Source: an uncultured Chthonomonadaceae bacterium (lineage in GTDB: Bacteria > Armatimonadota > Chthonomonadetes > Chthonomonadales > Chthonomonadaceae). Taken from it: a stretch of 35,498 bases of DNA. Within the stretch, counting starts at the first letter, position 1; each line of letters opens with the position of its first letter. Both the position numbers and the translations under genes were made by a program. The DNA lies in the NCBI GenBank assembly GCA_963835065.1, contig CAWIEK010000023.1:1-35498 (forward strand). Direction: 5' to 3'. Of this stretch, positions 27,584-35,498 are shown in pieces. The notes below the pieces were generated by a model. That model was not told the DNA's origin, made no database searches, and saw only the letters and a program-made list of their open reading frames with translations.

Positions 27584-30500
27584 ATGAGCGATACCAGCAG
27601 CGATTTTGTTCACCTTCATGTTCACTCCGAATTCTCTCTTCTGGACGGAGCCAACCGCCTCGGGCATCTGATCAGCCGCGCGGCGGAAATGGAAATGCCC
27701 GCCCTTGCCCTGACCGATCACGGCGTCATGTACGGCACGGCGGATTTCTACGGCAAGTGCAAGGACAAGGGCGTGAAGCCGATTCTGGGCGTGGAGGCGT
27801 ATGTCGCGCCCCGGCATCGGCTCAAAAAAGAGGCCAAGCTGGACCAGTCCGCGTACCACATGGTTCTGCTGGCCCGAAACAACGAGGGTTACAAGAACCT
27901 GCTCAAACTCACCACCATCGCCGCGCTGGAAGGCTTTTATTACAAGCCCCGCATTGACCGCGAACTGCTGGAAAAGTACCACGAGGGACTGATCGCCACC
28001 ACCGCCTGCCTGGGCAGCGAGATCAACTCGCACCTGCTGCGCGGCGATTATGATTCCGCCCGCGACGCCTGCGCGTACTATCGCGATCTGTTCGGGCGCG
28101 ACAACTACTACGTCGAAATTCAGAACCACAACCTGCCCGAACAGGAACACTCCAATGACCAACTGCTCAAAATTTCGCGCGAACTCGGCCTGCCCGTGAT
28201 CTGCTCCAACGATGTGCATTATCTCACCGGGCCGGACGCCGACGCGCACGATATTTTGCTGTGCATCGGGACCGGCTCGAATGTCACGGATACGGATCGC
28301 CTGAAATACGCCACGCAGGAGTTCTATCTCAAATCATCGCAGCAGATGAAGGATCTGTTTCACAAGCTGCACCCCGGCTGCATCGAAAACACGCTGGGAA
28401 TTGCGGAACGCTGCCATGTCGAACTGGAGTTCGGGCGCGCGCCCATGCCCGTCGCCCGGCATTCCCGGCCGAATACACGCCGCTTGAGTACCTGACCAAG
28501 CTGTCCGAAGAAGGGCTGATTCGAAAATACAATGGCAACCCGCCCCAGAAGCGTGATCGAGCGGCATGAACTACGAACTGGGCATCATCCAGACAACCGG
28601 GTTCTCGCAGTACATCCTCATCGTGCGCGACTTTGCGCAAGTTTGCCGCGCAAGAAGGGCATCTACTACGGCGTGCGCGGTTCGGCGGCGGGCTGCCTTG
28701 TCTCCTACCTCGTGGACATCACCGACATCGACCCGGTCGAGTACGGCCTGACGTTCGAGCGGTTCCTGAACCCGGAGCGCGTCCAGATGCCCGACGTCGA
28801 TATGGACTTCGAGGACACGCGCCGCGGGGAAGTGATCGAATACGTCACCAAAAAGTACAGCCCCGAATCAGGACACGACCCGACACGAAGCCCGCGTCGC
28901 GCAGATCATCACGTTCGGAACCCTTGCCGCCCGCGCCGTTCTCAAGGATGCGGGACGCGCGCTGGGCTATGCCGGCCGGCGATGTGGACAAACTGTGCAA
29001 GATGATCCCCACCATCCCCGTCGGCATGACCATCGACAAGACGCTGGAGGCCAACCCGGAATTCAAGAACGCCTATGTGCGCGACCCGCACGCCCGCAAA
29101 CTGATTGATACCGCCAAGCGGCTGGAAGGCATCTCGCGCCACGCCAGCGTCCACGCGGCCGGCGTCATCATCTCGCACAACCCGCTGGTCGACTACACGC
29201 CGCTCACGCGCTCGCGCGGACGGCGGCTGCGTGACGCAGTATATCGCGGACATGCTGGAAAAAATCGGCCTGCTGAAGATGGACTTCCTCGGCCTGATCA
29301 ACCTGTCCATTCTGGGGCAGGCGCTCAAGAACGTCGAGCAGACGACCGGCCATAAAACTCGACGTGCGCAAACTGCCGCTGGAAGGCGATGCGCGAGGAC
29401 GTGCGCAAGACCTACGAACTGCTGGGCAACGGCGAGTGCGTCGGCGTGTTCCAGTTGGAATCGCCGCAGATGCGCCGCTACATTCAGGAACTGAAGCCGA
29501 CGAGCGTGCGCGATGTGGCGGCCATGGTCGCCCTCTATCGTCCCGGCCCGATGGCGCATATCCCGCGCTTCGTGCGGTGCAAGCACGGCCTGGAAAAGAT
29601 CGAATATCCGCATCCCTGGCTGAAGGAACTGCTGGGCGAGACCTACGGCGTCATCGTCTATCAGGATCAGGTCATGCAGATCGCGCAGATCATCGCCGGC
29701 TACACGCTGGGCCAGGCCGACCTGCTGCGCCGCGCGATGGGCAAAAAGAAAAAAGAGGAGATGGTGCAAGCAGCGCGAAAACTTCCTGCGCGGCGCGAAG
29801 AGAAAACGGCGTTTCGGAAAAGAAGGCCAACGAGATCTTCGACCTGATGGAGCCGTTCGCCGGCTACGCCTTCAACAAAGCCCACGCCGTCTGCTACGCG
29901 ATGGTCGCCTACCAGACCGCCTACCTGAAGGCCAACTACCCCGTCGAATACATGGCCGCGCTGCTGGCCTGCTTCATCGAAAAATCCGACAAACTGGTGA
30001 CCTGCATGGACGAGTGCAAGCGCATGGGCATTCCCGTCCTGCCGCCGGACATCAACGCGAGCGGGGCGGATTTCACGGTTGAGAAGGTTTCGGGTGTCAG
30101 GTATCAGGTGTCAGGAAGACGCTCGTCACCCTGACGCTAAACAGAAGTAATCGTAGGCATCCCCGACACCTGACCCCTGCAATCTGCAACTCTTCTATTC
30201 GCTTCGGCCTGGCCGCCATCAAGAACGTCGGGCGGGCCGCGGTGGAAGTGATTTTGCGGGTTCGGGAAGAGGGCGGGCCGTTTGCCAGTCGCTGACGATT
30301 TCTGCCAGCGCGTGATGGGCAGCGAAACGGGCGGCGTGTCGCGGGGCACGATGGAAGCGCTGATACAGGGCGGCGCGTTCGCGACCCTGCCCGGCCATAC
30401 CAACCGCCGCGCCCTGATCGAAGTGCTGGAGCCGTGCTGTCAGGCGGCGCACGCGGTCGCAAAAGGACAAGAAGAACGGGCAGGCGTCGCTGGCGGATAT

Positions 30501-31241
30501 GTTCGGCGACGATGCGGATGCGGGGCCGACGGTGGAAACCATTCCCATCCCCAACATTCCCGATTACCCGTCCGCGCAATTGCTCGGCTTCGAGCGCGAC
30601 CTGCTCGGCCTCTACATTTCCGACCATCCCCTGCAGGCGTTTATGCCGCGCTTTGCAGAAGGCGAACGCAATCCGCGTGTCCGAACTGCCGGAAAAAGCG
30701 GACCGGGCGGAAGTGACGCTTGGCGGCATCATCACGAGCATCAAGCCGTTCACGTCCAAGAAAAGCGGCGAGCCGATGGCCTTCTTCACTCTGGAAGACA
30801 TGACCGGAACCGTCTCCTGCACCATGTTCCCGTCCACGTTCGCCACAGCGGGGCATCAGCTGGAAAAAGACAAGATCGTCCTGCTCGGCGGGCAGGGCCA
30901 ACCACCGGGAGCGGGTGCGCGAGGACGATGAGGGCGGCGTCACATCGTGGAAGTACTGGCCGAAACCATTACGGCGTTGGGCAGCGGCGGCGCGAACGCG
31001 CAATGTCGGGCCGGGCAAAATCATCATCAAACTCGACCCGTCCAAGCGCGAAGTGATGCGGTTCGTGCGCGAAACCGTCGAGCAGTACCGGGGCAACGGC
31101 AGCGCCGCGCCCGTGCATGTGAAAGTGCCGGAGGGCGGGCAAACCCACGAAGTCCGCACCGAACTGCTGGCCGAATTCAACGACGCCTTCCGCCAAGCCT
31201 TAGAGCGCATCCTGGGCCGTCAAACCGTCTGGATGGAATAG
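27584..31241 (+). CDS. dnaE: DNA polymerase III alpha subunit, copy 1 (many frameshifts; assembly error or pseudogene)
   Basis: PHP motifs [18 protein letters not shown] and SNDVHY. Also [87 protein letters not shown] and OB-fold MAFFTLED. Confidence 0.95.
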
Positions 31242-31619
31242 CGCGTTCTGCGGCTGTATCGGGTCTATCCCGATTGGCCGGGGCTTTGCAATCCCCGGCA
31301 GGAAAGTACAAGCGTCCTGCGGACGCAAATGCCGCGCCGATTGGGAGTGGCTCTGAATAAGTTTCCACATCAGGCAGACGGAAGTTTTTCGTGGTCGCAA
31401 GGCGTCCTTGCCTTAGCGGACAGTGCTGAAGGCGCATTGGACAGGCGGCAGGCAGAAAAAAGAGTATGTAGAGTCATCGTCGAAATCTTGGCAATACAGC
31501 GCTTCCAGCCCGATGTCTCGTTGTGTCAAGTTGTAGGAGTAGAGGCGTCATGACCTCGTAAGCGTCAGGGCGAACGGGGAGAGTGACCAGGCATCTTCTT
31601 GCACCTCCCTTCCGGGTTA

Positions 31620-31652
31620 GATTGTTGATAGTTAAGAGTTGATAGTTGATAG
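31620..31652. repeat. GATAGTT heptamer tandem repeat (reverse-complement family of the 12180 repeat)
   Basis: GATTGTT GATAGTT AAGAGTT GATAGTT GATAG. Confidence 0.65.
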
Positions 31653-32122
31653 GAACTATGAACTTCAACGTCCCGCCACCTGGCTCGTTAGCATTCGCTA
31701 TTATGTAGACGTGCGTATTATTTAGACGAGTTGGTTAGGCAGAGAAGGTTCGTCGTTTCTGCTGTTTGTCCGACTTTTTTGTGAATGTTTTGCGTTCTTT
31801 CGGCGTGGCGCAACCGACGTATACCATCTAAATTTCTTTGGTAAATTCCTCAGCGCAGTTGTTGTCAGCGACTCGCAGCAAACACCAGTACGCACATACG
31901 TACAGATATGTCTAGTTGTGTTTGGCGGATAAAACCGCTAGAATAGCCTCATGCGCCACATCTAGGGCAACGTGGAGTGGCGCGAACTAAATAAGGTTTC
32001 AGGTGTCAGGTTTCAGGTGTCAGAAAAGGCTCTTCTTCCTTATAGATGAGACGAATGCAGCAGCGTTCTCCCCTGATACCTGAAACCTGATACCTGAAAC
32101 CTAACTTCCTTCCGAGGCAACC

Positions 32123-35100
32123 ATGAGCGATACCAGCAGCGATTTTGTTCACCTTCATGTTCACTCCGAATTCTCTCTTCTGGACGGAGCCAACCGCATC
32201 GGGCATCTGATCAGCCGCGCGGCGGAAATGGAAATGCCCGCCCTTGCCCTGACCGATCACGGCGTCATGTACGGCACGGCGGATTTCTACGGCAAGTGCA
32301 AGGACAAGGGCGTGAAGCCGATTTTGGGTGTGGAGGCGTATGTCGCGCCCCGGCATCGGCTGAAAAAAGAGGCCAAGCTGGACCAGTCCGCGTACCACAT
32401 GGTTCTGCTGGCGCGAAACAACGAGGGTTACAAGAACCTGCTCAAACTCACCAGCATCGCCGCGCTGGAAGGCTTTTATTACAAGCCCCGCATTGACCGC
32501 GAACTGCTGGAAAAGTACCACGAGGGACTTGATTGCCACCACCGCCTGTCTGGGCAGCGAAATCAACTCGCACCTGCTGCGCGGCGATTATGATTCCGCC
32601 CGCGACGCCTGCGCGTACTATGGCGATTTGTTCGGGCGCGACAACTATTATGTGGAAATTCAGAACCACAACCTGCCCGAACAGGAACACTCCAATACCC
32701 AACTGCTCAAAATCTCGCGCGAACTCGGCCTGCCCGTGATTTGCTCCAACGATGTGCATTATCTGACCGGGCCGGACGCCGACGCGCATGATATTCTGCT
32801 GTGCATCGGAACGGGTTCGGTTGTCACGGATACGGATCGCCTGAAATACGCCACGCAGGAGTTTTATCTGAAATCATCGCAGCAGATGAAGGATTTGTTT
32901 CACAAGCTGCACCCCGGACTGCATCGAAAACACGTTGGGAATTGCGGAACGCTGCCATGTAGAACTGGAATTCGGGCGCGCGCCCATGCCCTCGCCCGGT
33001 TTCCCCGCCGAATACACGCCCCTTGAATACCTCACCAAGCTGTCCGAAGAAGGGCTGATTAAAAAGTACAATGGCAACCCGCCCCAGCGCGTGATTGACC
33101 GCATGAATTACGAACTCGGCATTATCGAGACAACCGGGTTCGCGCAGTATATTCTCATCGTGCGCGACTTTGCGCAGTTTGCCGCCAAGAAGGGCATTTA
33201 CTACGGAGTGCGCGGCTCCGCGGGGGTTGCCTCGTCTCCTACCTCGTGGATATCACGGACATCGATCCCGTCGAGTACGGCCTCACCTTCGAACGGTTCC
33301 TGAACCCCGAGCGCGTGCAGATGCCCGATGTCGACATGGACTTCGAGGACACGCGCCGCGCCGAGGTGATCGACTACGTCACCAAAAAGTACAGCCCCAA
33401 TCAGGACGATCCGACGCAGGCGCGCGTGGCGCAGATCATCACCTTCGGAACCCTTGCCGCCCGCGCCGTTCTCAAAGACGCGGGAAAGGCGTTGGGCTAT
33501 CCTGCCGGCGACGTGGACAAACTGTGCAAAATGATTCCTACCATTCCTGTCGGCATGACCATTGACAAAACAATGGATGCTAACCCGGAGTTCAAAAATG
33601 CTTATGTGCGCGATCCCGCCGCCCGCAAACTAATTGACACGGCCAAGCGTCTGGAAGGCATTTCGCGCCACGCCAGCGTCCATGCGGCGGGTGTTATCAT
33701 CTCGCACAACCCGCTTGTGGAGTACACGCCGCTTACGCGGGAGTGCAGACGGCGGCTGTGTGACGCAGTACAACGCGAACATGCTGGAAAGAACGGCCTG
33801 CTGAAAATGGATTTTTTAGGTCTGATTAACCTGACCATCTTAGGGCCAGGCGCTCAAAAATGTGGAGCAGACGACCGGCAAAAAACTGGATGTACGCACC
33901 CTCCCGCTCGAAGGCGACGGCGAGGACGTGCGCAAAACCTACGAATTGCTTGGCAACGGCGAGTGCGTGGGCGTGTTCCAACTGGAATCGCCGCAGATGC
34001 GCAGGTACATTCAGGAGTCGAAGCCGACCAGTGTGCGCAACGTGGCGGCTATGGTGGCTTTGTATCGGCCCAGCCGATGGCGCGCATCTCCCGTTTTGTC
34101 CGGTGTAAGCACGGGCTGGAAAAAATCGAGTACCCGCACGAGAAACTGAAGGAACTGCTGGACGAAACGTATGGCGTCATCGTGTATCAGGATCAGGTGA
34201 TGCAGATCGCGCAGATTATTTCCGGCTACACGCTGGGACAGGCCGACCTGCTGCGCCGCGCGATGGGCAAAAAGAAAAAAGAAGTAATGGTGCAGGAGCG
34301 CGAAAACTTCTTGCGCGGCGCGAGGGAAAACGGCGTTTCGGAAAAGAAGGCCAACGAAATCTTCGACCTGATGGAACCGTTCGCCGGTTACGCCTTCAAC
34401 AAAGCCCATGCCGTCTGCTACGCGATGGTGGCGTATCAAACCGCCTACCTAAAGGCCAACTACCCCGTCGAATATATGTCCGCCCTGCTGGCCTGCTTCA
34501 TCGAAAAATCCGACAAACTCGTGACGTGCATGGACGAGTGCAAGCGCATGGGCATTCCCGTCCTGCCGCCGGATATTAACTCCAGTGAGGCGGATTTCAC
34601 GGTAGAGAAGGTGTCAAGGAGTATCAGGGGATCAGGGAGACGGGGCGAAACCTGACGCCGGAACAAAGTATCTACATCCCTGATCACCCAGTCTCCCTGA
34701 TACTCCTCTTCTATCCGCTTCGGCCTTGCCGCCATCAAGAGCGTCGGGCGGGCGGCTGTGGAAGTGATTTTGCGGGTGCGGGAAGAGGGCGGGCCGTTTG
34801 CCAGTCTGGGAGATTTCTGCCAGCGCGTGATGGGCAGCGAAACGGGCGGCGTGTCGCGGGGCACGATGGAAGCGCTGATACAAAGCGGCGCGTTCGCGTC
34901 CCTGCCCGGCCATACCAACCGCCGCGCCCTGGTCGAAGCGCTGGAGCCGTGCTGTCAGGCGGCGCAGCGGGCGCAAAAGGACAAGAAGAACGGGCAGGCG
35001 TCGCTGTCGGATATGTTCGGCGACGATGCGGATGCGGGGCCGACGGTGGAAACCATTCCCATTCCCAACATTCCCGATTATCCGTCCGCGCAGTTGCTCG

Positions 35101-35498
35101 GCTTCGAGCGCGACCTGCTCGGCCTGTACATTTCCGACCATCCCCTGCAAGCGTTTATGCCGCGCTTTGCAAAGGCGAACGCAATCCGCGTGTCCGAACT
35201 GCCGGAAAAAGCGGATCGGGCGGAAGTGACGATTGGCGGCATCATCACGAGTATCAAGCCGTTCACGTCCAAGAAAAGCGGCGAGCCGATGGCCTTCTTC
35301 ACTCTGGAAGACATGACCGGAACCGTTGCCTGCACCATGTTCCCGTCCACGTTCGCCACAGCGGGGCATCTGCTGGAAAAAGACAAAATCGTCCTGCTCG
35401 ACGGGCAGGCCAATCACCGGGAGCGGGTGCGCGAGGACGATGAGGGCGGCGTCACGGTGGAAATACTGGCCGAAACCATTGACGGCATTGGGCAGCGG
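32123..35498 (+). CDS. dnaE: DNA polymerase III alpha subunit, copy 2 (several frameshifts; runs off the window end)
   Basis: Same motif set as copy 1. The frame reads cleanly over about 34085-34610 and 34713-35480. Confidence 0.95.

Larger units (their letters stand above)
27302..35498 (+). repeat. Large direct repeat: copy 1 from 27302, copy 2 from 31841 (offset 4539 bp), each with promoter, leader and dnaE
   Basis: GTAAATTCCTCAGCGCAGTTGTT begins at both 27302 and 31841. The copies are colinear through to the window end. Confidence 0.95.

Noticed and set aside
34653..34700. TGA recoding (alternative genetic code or selenocysteine) to explain the dnaE insert stops
   Set aside because: TGA is a normal terminator in other genes here (19931, 21039, 26633), Trp is encoded by TGG, and the positions are not conserved Cys or Trp sites.
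27584..35498. Intein or split-intein dnaE, or error-prone dnaE2/imuC
   Set aside because: No intein N-terminal C/S or C-terminal HN motifs at the breaks, PHP motifs are intact, and there are no imuA/imuB neighbours.

Overview
GC-rich bacterial window. The gene content and intergenic repeat style are suggestive of Armatimonadota, but this is unverified, and scattered single-base indels point to a long-read or metagenomic assembly. From left to right it holds an IS4 transposase remnant, maeB, an orphan Rv0249c-type succinate dehydrogenase membrane anchor, and an AT-richer accessory block at about 4.0-10.9 kb. That block has a phage-type annealase-like gene, a HEPN-like two-gene module, an HExxH protein and a three-gene operon led by a PIN-like protein. 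Next come five glycosyltransferases, a Gly/Ser-rich Ig-domain lipoprotein, a deacetylase-like protein, an SDR, a YgfZ-like gene, a 4-PDZ HtrA protease paired with a catalytically dead protease domain, a short-chain chromate transporter and a degenerate MNT-HEPN pair. The window ends with two tandem, mosaic-divergent, heavily frameshifted copies of dnaE offset by 4539 bp. Palindromes built from 7-9-nt tandem repeats recur throughout, mostly with a different unit at each locus. One sits in the dnaE leader. Another sits inside both dnaE copies at the same loop, with different arms around a shared core. No rRNA, tRNA or CRISPR array was seen.
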